In this document: one piece after another, positions 10,503 through 19,914 of the stretch
Position numbering within the stretch: position 1 is the first letter of the stretch
Layout of the letters: each line of letters begins with the position of its first letter
Origin: a virus
Reading direction: 5' to 3' (one strand)
Virus record (IMG/VR): IMGVR_UViG_3300020045_009368
Span: 35,780-99,779 of that record
DNA: 64,000 nucleotides
The notes under the pieces: model-generated
Seen by the model: only the letters and a program-made list of their open reading frames with translations
What the model was told of the DNA's origin: nothing
Databases searched by the model: none
Program-made: the position numbers and the translations under genes

Positions 10503-10785
10503 GTTTACTTTCTTTTAAAGCTTTTAAATAATTTATTCTACTTTCATGTCCTCTTACTATTTGACTATTAGTATATATTTTACCAATATATTTTAAATAA
10601 AAGGTTGTTTTTAATTTATCTATTTCTTCATCAGATAAATTGTCTAATTGTAATTTTCTTATTTCCTGATATATAAATCTAAATTGTGATTCAACAATAT
10701 CTTTAACTTGATTATCTGTTAAATTATTATTTAAACCTACTGTATGTATAATATCTTTAATTTTCTTTTCATCTATTTTATTCAT
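10423..10785 (-). CDS. HU/IHF-like DNA-binding protein
   Basis: IKDIIHTVG..LTDNQVKDIVESQF..I and TFYLKYIGKIY resemble HU/IHF helices and the first strands. Confidence 0.55.
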   Translation of the reverse strand: MNKIDEKKIKDIIHTVGLNNNLTDNQVKDIVESQFRFIYQEIRKLQLDNLSDEEIDKLKTTFYLKYIGKIYTNSQIVRGHESRINYLKALKESKHGRKEEFESSGSNGDSIDIPRTTNNE

Positions 10786-11167
10786 TATAAATTAAATTAA
10801 AATTAAATGTTAATACAAAGTTTTTAGGATTGTCTACTATATCAGGAATATAATTTTTAGATATTTGTTTATCTATAATAACTTTCTTTTTTCTTAATGA
10901 AGTTAATATATTTTGTAAACCACTATCTACTATCTCTAATTCATCAAGAATTAATTGTTTAGTATCATAATCAAATACTTCTTTCCATAGAACTTTATTA
11001 TTAGTTATTTCTTTTGATAATTTATAATGATAATATAAAAATAAAGCTAATACTTTTTGTTCTTGATTTGTTAGATTATGAAAAGGTTTTAGAAATTCAA
11101 TATATCTAAAAAAGAAATTCTTGATTTTAACATTTAGATTAGCTTGTTTTATATTACTCACTTTCAT
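10778..11167 (-). CDS. Winged-helix DNA-binding protein (RepL-like)
   Basis: LTNQEQKVL..., LEIVDSGLQNILTSLRKKKVI HTH pattern. Confidence 0.55.
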   Translation of the reverse strand: MKVSNIKQANLNVKIKNFFFRYIEFLKPFHNLTNQEQKVLALFLYYHYKLSKEITNNKVLWKEVFDYDTKQLILDELEIVDSGLQNILTSLRKKKVIIDKQISKNYIPDIVDNPKNFVLTFNFNLIYNE

Positions 11168-11322
11168 TTTGTTTTATAGTTCCTTCTCTTACTATTTTAA
11201 CTTTAGAATTTAATACATGTTGTATTTCTCCTAATTTTAATTTATATGAATTACATTCATTTATTTTTTCTTGCATCTCTATCATTAAAGCTTCAAGTAA
11301 AAGTTTATATTGTTCTAATTCA

Positions 11323-11985
11323 TTATTCATTTTCTAAATAGTTTATAATATCTGTTAATATAGGATTTCTATGATTAGCTGTTAAAGTTTTAAATCCTAC
11401 TAAATTACTTTGCTCTAATTTTATTATAGAATGAATACAACTGTTTTTACCAATTGCTTTATCTATCTGTTGTAATGATCCGCAAAAGATCATTTTACTA
11501 TCTTTACCTAATCTAGTTAATATAGTTCTAAAATCAATATAATCCATATCTTGAAATTCATCTACAATAACAACTGATTTCATAAAAGACACACCTTTTG
11601 CAACTTCAATTGGCATAATCTTAATTAAACCTTCTTTAAGCATTTTATCAGTTTGTTCTTTACCTTGACATACTTCTAAGTTTTGAACTAAAGGAAATGT
11701 ATAAGGTGCCATCTTCTCTTCTAATGTTCCAGGTAAAGCTGCTAAACTATTTTTTAGCATTGGTCTAGTAATCCAAATATTATCTACTTGTTTCTTTCTA
11801 AATGCTTTTAAAGCAGTATGAACTGCAGCAAGTGATTTACCTGAACCAAAATCTCCTAATAGAAAATTTACATCATATTGATAAAACAATTCTACAAATT
11901 CTTTTTGTTCTTCATTTAAATCAACTAATAACTTAGGTTCTGTTTTAAGTTGTCTTTTTTCTGTATTAGGAATCTTTTCTCTCAT
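11323..11985 (-). CDS. phoH: PhoH family ATPase
   Basis: GDFGSGKS, LPGTLEEKM.PY, VIVDEFQD, LTRLGKDSKMIFCGS..QID, HRNP. Confidence 0.93.
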   Translation of the reverse strand: MREKIPNTEKRQLKTEPKLLVDLNEEQKEFVELFYQYDVNFLLGDFGSGKSLAAVHTALKAFRKKQVDNIWITRPMLKNSLAALPGTLEEKMAPYTFPLVQNLEVCQGKEQTDKMLKEGLIKIMPIEVAKGVSFMKSVVIVDEFQDMDYIDFRTILTRLGKDSKMIFCGSLQQIDKAIGKNSCIHSIIKLEQSNLVGFKTLTANHRNPILTDIINYLENE

Positions 11986-12283
11986 TTACGAAATCATTGT
12001 ATTTATAAATATTTTCAAATTCTGCAATCTCATTAACGCTACCACATCTCATACATATATTGTTTACATCTTCATCTGTAACAATATGTAAACTTTTACA
12101 ATACTTACAAGCTACAACTGGTTCTTTGTCATAATCTGTTTTGTTATCTTCTTCCATTTCTTTAATTAATTTTTTAATATCTTCCACCCATGAACTATCA
12201 TATGCTGGGAAAGGTCCTAGTTTATTATAATAACTCACATGCTTATATAATACTTTAAGATGTTTGAGTCTTTCTTTTTTCAT
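11966..12283 (-). CDS. Zn-ribbon protein
   Basis: CKYC...CMRC. Confidence 0.65.
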   Translation of the reverse strand: MKKERLKHLKVLYKHVSYYNKLGPFPAYDSSWVEDIKKLIKEMEEDNKTDYDKEPVVACKYCKSLHIVTDEDVNNICMRCGSVNEIAEFENIYKYNDFVNERKDS

Positions 12284-12461
12284 TATTATTTATTGTTAAT
12301 TCTATAATCCATCCTTCTACTTCATCTAAAGCATTAATTAATACTTTATAATTATAATTAGGATACTTATCTTGAAATGTTTGCATTTTATCTCTAAATT
12401 GATCCATTTGATCTAATGCTGTTTTTAGATCTTTTTCTTTTATTAAATATGTGTTATTCAA
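12255..12461 (-). CDS. Hypothetical protein
   Basis: Overlapping start/stop with neighbours. Confidence 0.6.
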   Translation of the reverse strand: MNNTYLIKEKDLKTALDQMDQFRDKMQTFQDKYPNYNYKVLINALDEVEGWIIELTINNNEKRKTQTS

Positions 12462-12924
12462 TTTGTAATTGTTTTAATAGTTTTTTAAATTCTGATTTAT
12501 TTTTAATTATTCCCTTAAATAAATCATATTCTCTACCTGAATTAGTTTTTTGATAAATCCACATTTCTTTATTATCTAATCCATATAATATAATTATTTT
12601 ATAATCATCACCTACTGAAGGTCCTCCTATATAAGTTTTACTTTCTAAACTTAACTCTATATCTTCATTATCTTTAGTAATTTTAAATCCTAAACTTTCA
12701 ATATCTTCTCGATCTAAGTATTTAACTTTAATTGAATCACCATGATTTTTGAAAGAAGGAATTAAATCTACACAATCATAATGGTAAATTTCATCTTTAT
12801 CATAAAATTCAAAAGTTTCTTTAATCCATTTTTCTTCTGTATAAGCAGAACTATACCAAACTTCATATTCAAATCCTTGATGGAATTCTTCTATTTCTGG
12901 TGTATAATATTTATTTAATTCCAT
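12454..12924 (-). CDS. Hypothetical phage protein
   Basis: 156 aa, coupled to neighbours. Confidence 0.7.
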   Translation of the reverse strand: MELNKYYTPEIEEFHQGFEYEVWYSSAYTEEKWIKETFEFYDKDEIYHYDCVDLIPSFKNHGDSIKVKYLDREDIESLGFKITKDNEDIELSLESKTYIGGPSVGDDYKIIILYGLDNKEMWIYQKTNSGREYDLFKGIIKNKSEFKKLLKQLQIE

Positions 12925-13195
12925 TATTTTCTTTATATTTATTCCAATCTACTTTACTCATTAAATCAGGAAATCTTTCAGGATTACATGATTGTTGTAC
13001 TGAAGTTTTACCTTTAAAATCACATCCGCATTTAATACATTTGTTTTGAACTGCACAATCATTTTTACATAGTAATCTACGATATGCTATTTGTTCTCTT
13101 ATATGTTCTGGTTGTAACTTTAATTCTTCTAATATTCTTTGACCATTACCTTCTAAATAAGAACTAATATTATGTAATGTTATCTTTTGTTTCAT
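12911..13195 (-). CDS. Cys-rich metal-binding protein
   Basis: CKNDC..NKCIKCGC...C. Confidence 0.65.
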   Translation of the reverse strand: MKQKITLHNISSYLEGNGQRILEELKLQPEHIREQIAYRRLLCKNDCAVQNKCIKCGCDFKGKTSVQQSCNPERFPDLMSKVDWNKYKENNGIK

Positions 13196-13409
13196 TTAAT
13201 TGTCTTTCTAATTTACCTAATTCAAAAATTAAATCTTGTTCTGTATATTCAGTTAATGCTGTATAATTATCATTAGATTCATTTTCATCTACAAACCAAT
13301 AAGGAATATTGTAATATTTTTTACCATTATGTATTGAAACAACATTATAATTTTTAATAAAATCTAATATTTCTTTTGTAACAGCTATTTTATGTGGAAC
13401 TATTTTCAT
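13170..13409 (-). CDS. Hypothetical protein
   Basis: ORF track, operonic packing. Confidence 0.6.
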   Translation of the reverse strand: MKIVPHKIAVTKEILDFIKNYNVVSIHNGKKYYNIPYWFVDENESNDNYTALTEYTEQDLIFELGKLERQLNETKDNIT

Positions 13410-13644
13410 TATGTAACTTACTTAATATTAATGTTTTTTCTAAACTATCTAATTCTCTACCTATTAATTCAGGTACAATAGAATCTATATTATCAGCTGT
13501 AACTTTATCTTCTAATGTATTTAGATATTCTGCTATTTTATCTATTTGTCTAACTCTAGTATAAAATTCTTTAACTTGTTTTTTAACTTTTAATTTGTCT
13601 TGAACTTTAACTTTTCTTAAACCGTTTTTAGTATATGTTGCCAT
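13390..13644 (-). CDS. Hypothetical protein
   Basis: ORF track, operonic packing. Confidence 0.6.
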   Translation of the reverse strand: MATYTKNGLRKVKVQDKLKVKKQVKEFYTRVRQIDKIAEYLNTLEDKVTADNIDSIVPELIGRELDSLEKTLILSKLHNENSST

Positions 13645-13925
13645 TTTTATAACTTTGTTACTTTATATTTCTTTTCTAATTCTTTTATAAAATCTTCTAC
13701 TGATAATGGCTGACCATATCTTTTAGTCATATTAAAAGTTAACCAATCCATATTCCAAACTCTAAATTCTTGTAATAATTCTTTCATTATAATCTTTCAA
13801 ATTTTAAATACTGAGGATTTTCTTTTCCCCATTTAACTCTATATTGTTCTAATTCTTCATCTGACTTGTCAGGCATTACTTTTTTCCAATATTCTATATT
13901 AATTGGATTGTTTTCTTTATTCATA

Positions 13926-14138
13926 TTAATAATATTTTTTATTGTTTGAATCTTTTACAAAATAACTTTCATAACACCATGAACTTTTTCTAACTTCTTT
14001 AGGTACATTTTGAATAAATAATTCATGAGATTTAGTTTTAGCTTCTTCTAAAGAATTAAATTCAATACCTGTTTCTTCTTCTACATAAGGTGCTTCCATA
14101 ACACCAAGTCCTGTTAATTTAATTATTTTATACTTCAT
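13926..14138 (-). CDS. Hypothetical protein
   Basis: ORF track. Confidence 0.55.
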   Translation of the reverse strand: MKYKIIKLTGLGVMEAPYVEEETGIEFNSLEEAKTKSHELFIQNVPKEVRKSSWCYESYFVKDSNNKKYY

Positions 14139-14415
14139 GTATTTTATAATTTAATGTTCTAATCTCTTTAACTTTAGTTCCTTCAAAGTTAAATACTAAA
14201 TGTGTTTTAATATAACCTGTTTTGTTTCTAACAAATATTTGAGCTACTGGATTATATCTATCATCTAAAAACAAACCAACATTTACATCATTAATTCTAT
14301 TAGAATCTTTAGCATACTTTTTAGTATAATAATTTCTCAGTTTAAATACATATTCTGCATTAGTTACTAAATCATTTTCTATTTCTTTATATTTACTTTT
14401 TATATCTACGACCAT
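14128..14415 (-). CDS. Hypothetical protein
   Basis: ORF track. Confidence 0.6.
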   Translation of the reverse strand: MVVDIKSKYKEIENDLVTNAEYVFKLRNYYTKKYAKDSNRINDVNVGLFLDDRYNPVAQIFVRNKTGYIKTHLVFNFEGTKVKEIRTLNYKIHEV

Positions 14416-14587
14416 CTGGTTTATTATTTTTACTGTTAAATTCTTTTTCTGCTAATTTTTTATATTCTTCTAAAGTGTATATTTTATTATTAGACATATC
14501 TAATATTTCTATTTTATAAGATTCACTTCCAGGTTTACTTGGTTGATTCCATTCATCATTAAAGTATTGTGTATTATCTTCTTTCAT
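14393..14587 (-). CDS. Hypothetical protein
   Basis: Start overlaps upstream stop (TAATG). Confidence 0.6.
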   Translation of the reverse strand: MKEDNTQYFNDEWNQPSKPGSESYKIEILDMSNNKIYTLEEYKKLAEKEFNSKNNKPDGRRYKK

Positions 14588-15123
14588 TAGTTTAATTTTA
14601 AACGTTCAAAATCTTTTCTATATAAGATAACATCATCACCTTCAATTATTCTTTTAATCTCTTTAGAATTAAGTCCTAATTCTTTATATTTAGCAACATA
14701 TTTATTATTTTCTTCTTGTAGTTGTTCATATAATATTTGTGTATTAAATGTAGTTTTTCTAAACTGTCCTTCAACTGCTCTATCACCTAAATGAAATAAT
14801 ATTGCTTCTAAACATTCATCTAAAAATAAATTACCTTTATAATCAGTTAAAAGAAATGTTCCAGCAGAAGCAATCATATCAGTTAAATATACATTAATAT
14901 CAGGATGATTATTTAGAAATTTAATTAGTATTTTCATTGCTGTCATTTCACCACCATGTGTAGAAAAATATAAATCTATTTGAGGACATCCGTGTAAATG
15001 ATCAATTAAAGTTTGAACTGATTCTTTACTAATATCACTTTCAAAATAATGAATATATCTTTGTGTTGGTACTGATGATTCTAATTCATCTAATAACGCA
15101 TTTATTAAATCTTCTTTTTGCAT
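14587..15123 (-). CDS. ClpP/crotonase-fold protease-like protein
   Basis: IDLYFSTHGGE (cf. LYINSPGG), IASAGTFLL (nucleophile Ser), ILFH (catalytic His). Confidence 0.7.
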   Translation of the reverse strand: MQKEDLINALLDELESSVPTQRYIHYFESDISKESVQTLIDHLHGCPQIDLYFSTHGGEMTAMKILIKFLNNHPDINVYLTDMIASAGTFLLTDYKGNLFLDECLEAILFHLGDRAVEGQFRKTTFNTQILYEQLQEENNKYVAKYKELGLNSKEIKRIIEGDDVILYRKDFERLKLN

Positions 15124-15151
15124 ATATTTATCTTATATTTTAATTATAGTA

Positions 15152-15185
15152 CAAAGATAATACTTTTTTTTGACATATGCAAGTT
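15152..15185 (-). promoter_or_regulatory. Bacteroidota sigma70-type promoter (TATCTTTG / TTG)
   Basis: caaagata 15152-15159, about 30 nt upstream of the ClpP-like start. Confidence 0.7.
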
Positions 15186-15354
15186 TTTTAGCAATTATTT
15201 TTAAAAAATATGTAAAATAAATTTTAAAGCATAAAAAAACCCACTAAATCCTAAGACTTAATGGGTTGTGTCGTATAATTCTCATATACGAGAATATTTT
15301 ATATAAGTTTCCTATAACTAATAAAGTTATAATTTAGTTATTTAACTAATAGAT

Positions 15355-15512
15355 ATAGCGAGGTTTCCACGATTTCTAACTGAAATGTGTTACCCTTGGC
15401 TAGCCAGTGTTACAGAAGTTGTCATACCTCGCAAAACCCATCCTCTTAAAACTATACGTTGGTGCCGTGTCCACCATTAATTAAGACAACTGTATCCTAA
15501 ACTAGTTGCTAT
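15355..15512 (-). ncRNA. Candidate structured ncRNA with its own promoter
   Basis: GC-enriched, ORF-free; nested helices atagc/gctat, gcgaggt/acctcgc, tggtg/cacca, caact/agttg; promoter at 15528. Confidence 0.45.
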
Positions 15513-15527
15513 TTTATTTTAATACTA

Positions 15528-15605
15528 CAAAGATACAACATTTATTTGTAAAATCCTAATTTTTTAGTAATTATTTTCAATTATTTGGAGTTTACTAATA
15601 GCTTT
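15528..15605 (-). promoter_or_regulatory. Promoter (TATCTTTG) with AAAGCTATTA box
   Basis: caaagata 15528-15535; taatagcttt 15596-15605. Confidence 0.7.
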
Positions 15606-15608
15606 TTG

Positions 15609-15800
15609 TTAATATTCTAATCTCATATTAGATTCTTTATCATACACAACCATTGTTTTTTTAGTTCCATTAACAAATCCAAACATTAAATCTTTAAATT
15701 TTGGTAATATAAGTTCTTGTTCACATTCTTTTGCAATAAAAGATTTTGAAAAATATATATCTTTAATATATTTAACATATTTTAATTTTTCTTTATTCAT
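15609..15800 (-). CDS. Hypothetical protein, first gene of the minus-strand block
   Basis: Promoter directly upstream. Confidence 0.6.
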   Translation of the reverse strand: MNKEKLKYVKYIKDIYFSKSFIAKECEQELILPKFKDLMFGFVNGTKKTMVVYDKESNMRLEY

Positions 15801-15815
15801 AATATTTAATTTTTA

Positions 15816-15848
15816 CAAATATACAACAAATAATTGACATTTCCAAAT
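15816..15848 (-). promoter_or_regulatory. Promoter (TTTG-N19-TATATTTG)
   Basis: rc reads tttggaaatgtcaattatttgttgtatatttg. Confidence 0.72.
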
Positions 15849-16024
15849 TTTTTTTAATTTTTTTTTAAAATTTTTATTTGTGAGTGAATATGCTAAAATT
15901 TTATTTTTTTTAGAAAAAATTATTATTCTCAAATGTGCTAACTAACCTAAACTTCACCCCACTCTTTTCAAGTTTTGGTAATATACCCCTATACATTATC
16001 TTATTAATCCTTAAATGTCTTATT

Positions 16025-16395
16025 ATGACTAAATTCAAAGCTGTTCAAAATGAACAAACTGGCAAAACTGATTACAACTTTCCTGCGGAATTAAAATCTG
16101 TAGGAACTAAAGAGTTTGAAAACTCTAATGGTACAAAGTATGTACTTGGTACTGTTGACTTCACGTACCCTAATGGTACACCTGCAAAAGCTGTCACAAC
16201 TCAAATCTTTGCTAAATCATTAGCTCACGGTATGAAAGTTGGAGATTCTTTGTTATCAACTCTGTCTCGTGATGATAACAACACTATGTGGATTAGAACT
16301 TCACACTTACTGCTGGTAACACTATTGACATTGATGCCTTTGGTAGCTTGTTTGATGAAGTTGCTGTTGAAGAAGAAGTTGAAGCAAATGCTTAA
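16025..16395 (+). CDS. Beta-rich protein with acidic tail (SSB-like); apparent -1 frameshift at about 16309
   Basis: ATG 16025 (MTKFKAVQ...RTSHL), then the -1 frame gives TAGNTIDIDAFGSLFDEVAVEEEVEANA* ending just before a terminator. Confidence 0.6.
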
Positions 16396-16399
16396 TTAT

Positions 16400-16428
16400 A
16401 GGGAACCTTCGGGTTCCTTATTTTTTTT
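16400..16428 (+). terminator. Intrinsic terminator
   Basis: agggaacc-ttcg-ggttcctt followed by a T8 tract. Confidence 0.85.
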
Positions 16429-16782
16429 ATCCATAACTAACCTCACACTATAAGAGTCTTAACTCTCAATGTGTTCTAAATATAATTCTCTTAAATAACA
16501 TCTAACTTCATAAATGGTGTTTTAACTCAGATAGCTACGACTTGGCTACAGTTTGTTAAGGATTTTAAGAGAATTTAAATATAAATTTATACCTTATTAT
16601 ATATAGGTGTAAATAAAGTCATAAATATTAAGAGTTTAAGTTGATTTTTTCCCTTAATACTTTAAAATTACATTATGAGTTTAAATTTAACTATATTCGT
16701 GATATTAATCCTGTCTATATTAAATTTAATGAATCTTTGAACACTTTCGAGTTAGTAAATCTTATAATGTAATTTAAATTAT

Positions 16783-16845
16783 TAAACTCTATTTAATAGG
16801 TCATAAGCAACTATTAACTTGTAAGGTGCAACCTTGTAGAGTTTA
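16783..16845 (+). ncRNA. IR-closed structured element 1 (stem + hairpin + T-loop-like hairpin)
   Basis: taaactcta/tagagttta; taatag/ctatta; aagg-tgcaa-cctt. Confidence 0.5.
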
Positions 16846-16853
16846 TTTTTTAT

Positions 16854-16974
16854 TAAATTGATGATGTGAGAGAGTTATACTATTTTTCATTGATTACGTT
16901 TCTAGTGTAAATGTGGCTTTATACCTAAACATTTGTTTACATCACTGTCACAAATCTCTCACATCATCAATTTA
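16854..16974 (+). ncRNA. IR-closed structured element 2 (20-bp perfect stem)
   Basis: taaattgatgatgtgagaga 16854-16873 / tctctcacatcatcaattta 16955-16974. Confidence 0.6.
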
Positions 16975-17028
16975 TTTAATACTTATAGCTTTCTTAACAC
17001 TAATTAACTAACATCTAACTATTAAATT

Positions 17029-17274
17029 ATGGAAATATTATACTCATTAATTTGCATTGTATTATTCTTATTAATACTAATTTGTGTAAATAATACAAAT
17101 AAATCATCCAAAATTACAAATAAACCAAGACCAACAATAAATAAATCACAATCTTTACCACCTAAAGGGCCTAAATCTAAACGTCAATGTTTATGTGGTT
17201 ATACTGAAATATGTCCATCTCAAGAAGGTATTTGTACTAATTTATGTGTTGGTGGAGATGATTGGAATGATTAA
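17029..17274 (+). CDS. Small membrane-anchored Cys-rich protein
   Basis: N-terminal TM; CLCG..C....C...C. Confidence 0.6.
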   Translation: MEILYSLICIVLFLLILICVNNTNKSSKITNKPRPTINKSQSLPPKGPKSKRQCLCGYTEICPSQEGICTNLCVGGDDWND

Positions 17275-17282
17275 AACAATTT

Positions 17283-17469
17283 AATAGTTAAATAAGGCAC
17301 TGTACGTGGAGTACAGCTTAAATAAAATATTACTTTCCCTAATAAGTCTAAATTATTATATTGTAATAAATACAACAGTATCTATAAATGTATAAAATAT
17401 GTGCAACCTTTAGAAAGTTAACAACATAATCAATTTATAATAGTATGTGAGATATACTAATTAACTATT
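17283..17469 (+). ncRNA. IR-closed structured element 3
   Basis: aatagttaa/ttaactatt; inner ctgtac-gtgga-gtacag and tagtat/atacta hairpins. Confidence 0.4.
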
Positions 17470-17506
17470 TATTTAAAACAATTAACTAACAACTAAAACT
17501 AATATT

Positions 17507-17731
17507 ATGAAAGTATTTCTAGTTTACAGTATTATAACAAATACATCAAAACCATCACATTATGCTTCTTATAAAACAGAAACATTAGAAGGTATGTTTG
17601 ATACTAATGAACAAGCATTAATAAAAGTAGATGAATTACATTCTAAATTTAGAGAGCTTGAAGAAGAATATCCTGAATATTATTTCACTAATGTTGAAAT
17701 TAGAGAAAATATAGTACATATATCTAATTAA
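17507..17731 (+). CDS. Hypothetical protein
   Basis: A-rich leader ending attATG. Confidence 0.65.
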   Translation: MKVFLVYSIITNTSKPSHYASYKTETLEGMFDTNEQALIKVDELHSKFRELEEEYPEYYFTNVEIRENIVHISN

Positions 17732-17763
17732 AACAAATTATTAACTGACTAAATAACAAAACA

Positions 17764-18126
17764 ATGAAAGCTTATTTTCAAAACAAACTAGTATCTATTA
17801 AAGACAAAATTAATAGTACATCAAAACAAATCATTAAAGGTGTTGATGAATACAAATTAAATGAAATAGTGTCATTATCACAATCATTAAAAGTATTAAA
17901 ACAACAGCATGAAGAGTTAACTAAAGATGCTGTAAAGTATTTATCAGTTGATGACATCATAGGACTTGCAAATCATAAAGCATCAAGCTATTCTCCAGAA
18001 GTAGTTAATCTTCTTGATAAATACCCTCTTGAATCTGCCTTTAAACATGATAGAACTGTAACTATTCTTGAAAGAGAAAAACTTGTTCTTACATTTGGCT
18101 ATTCATTAAGAGATGCAAAAGTATAA
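17764..18126 (+). CDS. Hypothetical protein
   Basis: ORF track, A-rich leader. Confidence 0.7.
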   Translation: MKAYFQNKLVSIKDKINSTSKQIIKGVDEYKLNEIVSLSQSLKVLKQQHEELTKDAVKYLSVDDIIGLANHKASSYSPEVVNLLDKYPLESAFKHDRTVTILEREKLVLTFGYSLRDAKV

Positions 18127-18134
18127 CAACACTT

Positions 18135-18173
18135 TAGTCAGTCAATTACAGGTAATGCTGGGTTGACTGATTA
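18135..18173 (+). ncRNA. IR-closed element 4 (hairpin capped by cag-gtaatg-ctg)
   Basis: tagtcagtcaa/ttgactgatta, 11 bp including one G-U that favours the + strand. Confidence 0.5.
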
Positions 18174-18182
18174 TATTAAATT

Positions 18183-18244
18183 AAACTCTTGTCTTATCAT
18201 ATGTGTAAGCTAAGTGGTGGATTTCGTATTACCAACAAGAGTTT
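18183..18244 (+). ncRNA. IR-closed element 5
   Basis: aaactcttgt/acaagagttt; inner ctta/taag and tggt...ttcg...acca hairpins. Confidence 0.5.
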
Positions 18245-18253
18245 TATTAAACT

Positions 18254-18381
18254 AATAATAGTTATAATGTATGGAATTATTATATATGATTTAATCACAT
18301 ATATAGTGACACATAGGTTGAATAAGTTTAATGTGATTAATTAAATACAACTGCTGGAAACGTAACATTATAACTATTATT
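18254..18381 (+). ncRNA. IR-closed element 6 (17-bp perfect stem)
   Basis: aataatagttataatgt/acattataactattatt; inner ttaatcacat/atgtgattaa. Confidence 0.6.
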
Positions 18382-18653
18382 TTTATTAACTAACTAAACA
18401 ATAACATTATGAAAACAAAAGTATTTACAGAGTATGGTTCACACTTAGAATCAAAAGTAAATGAATGGTTATTAAAAAATAATAAAATTAACATTAGTTT
18501 TATAACTCAGTCATCAACTGAATGTATAACTGTTTTAACAATATTTTATGTTGATTTAAATTAATTAATTATGAAAACAATAAAACATTTATTCAAACTA
18601 ATATATTGTATGTGTGATAGAAGTCATTCAGACAATAATTTACCTAATCCTAA

Positions 18654-18962
18654 ATGTACCAATTGTGGTCATTTATTACCTTAATTATTATGACAAATAA
18701 AAAAATAATAATAATTGGTGCAATGTTAGGTCATGAATTACATACTAATGCATTACATTATCATAGATTAGAAAAAATTGAACCTATTATTATAACTGGT
18801 TTAACACAAACTAAACATGATGTATCATTACCTAATGTTTTAGATAACAATATTGTAATGAAAATGAACCACAGTTATAATACTAATTTAATAGTTAAAG
18901 ACTGTATTAACAAACGTAATAAATTTGTTAATAAACCTAAATTCTTACGTAAAAAGAAATAA
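18654..18962 (+). CDS. Hypothetical protein (start probably the MTNKK ATG)
   Basis: ORF track. Confidence 0.55.
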   Translation: MYQLWSFITLIIMTNKKIIIIGAMLGHELHTNALHYHRLEKIEPIIITGLTQTKHDVSLPNVLDNNIVMKMNHSYNTNLIVKDCINKRNKFVNKPKFLRKKK

Positions 18963-19127
18963 TATTAATCCCAAATCTATATTATGTCAACAATAACTAA
19001 CTTACAAATTGAACAGTTTTATAACAAAGATAATAAAACTGAAGGTTCTAATTTTACACCATTTAATAATATATCACCAACCTTGGTTAAAATTATTAAA
19101 GAGGTATTAACTAACAAATAACAAATT

Positions 19128-19673
19128 ATGAAAAAATTATTATTAATTGTATTACTGATAACTAGTTTATCTAATGCACAACAAACAGAAAGAGATTTTA
19201 AATTTCTTTTAAGTTTAGGAGTTGATCCAAGAATGGCAACAGTAGGACCTCATGATGGGCAAGAAAATAATAAACCAACTTTAGATATTGAAGGATCTAT
19301 TGGTTTTGAATGGGAAAACAATCGTATTATGATGCAATATAAAAGTCATAAAGCAATTAATTTTGCAAAATGGACATATATTCAATATGATTTAAAAACA
19401 AATCTTTTTAAAAATGTTTATGGTTATGGTGGTTTAGAAGTTAGTCAAATAATTAAAAAACATCCAGATGCGTTATATGATCAACCAGATAATTATAGAG
19501 ATACAACTATAAATCCTATTATTTTTGGTGCAAATTTAGAAGTTCAATGGAAGTTTAATGATGATAAATTTGGAATTGGTTCACAATTCTCAATGTATCA
19601 AGCAGAAGATGAACTAAAAGAATATAAGAAATTTCGTAAAGAAGTTACAATTACATTATTTATGTATTTTTAA
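19128..19673 (+). CDS. Secreted, probable outer-membrane beta-barrel protein
   Basis: Sec signal MKKLLLIVLLITSLSNA-Q, alternating amphipathic strands, C-terminal VTITLFMYF. Confidence 0.65.
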   Translation: MKKLLLIVLLITSLSNAQQTERDFKFLLSLGVDPRMATVGPHDGQENNKPTLDIEGSIGFEWENNRIMMQYKSHKAINFAKWTYIQYDLKTNLFKNVYGYGGLEVSQIIKKHPDALYDQPDNYRDTTINPIIFGANLEVQWKFNDDKFGIGSQFSMYQAEDELKEYKKFRKEVTITLFMYF

Positions 19674-19685
19674 TAACTATTAATT

Positions 19686-19907
19686 ATGAAACATTTATTA
19701 AAAAAACTATTTTTTGCTTTAGTAGTATTACTAAGTATATTTATATTAGGTATATTTGTACCTATGATTATATCAATTTTTATTAGTATTATAACAGATG
19801 CTACATTAACAGATTGTGTTCAATCAGCAGGATTTAGAGGACTTACTATTTGTTGTATTATATTTTCATCAATTTATATTATTCATCAAGTAAAAGATTT
19901 ACCTTAA
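19686..19907 (+). CDS. Two-TM small membrane protein
   Basis: Hydrophobic profile. Confidence 0.65.
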   Translation: MKHLLKKLFFALVVLLSIFILGIFVPMIISIFISIITDATLTDCVQSAGFRGLTICCIIFSSIYIIHQVKDLP

Positions 19908-19914
19908 ATAAAAT

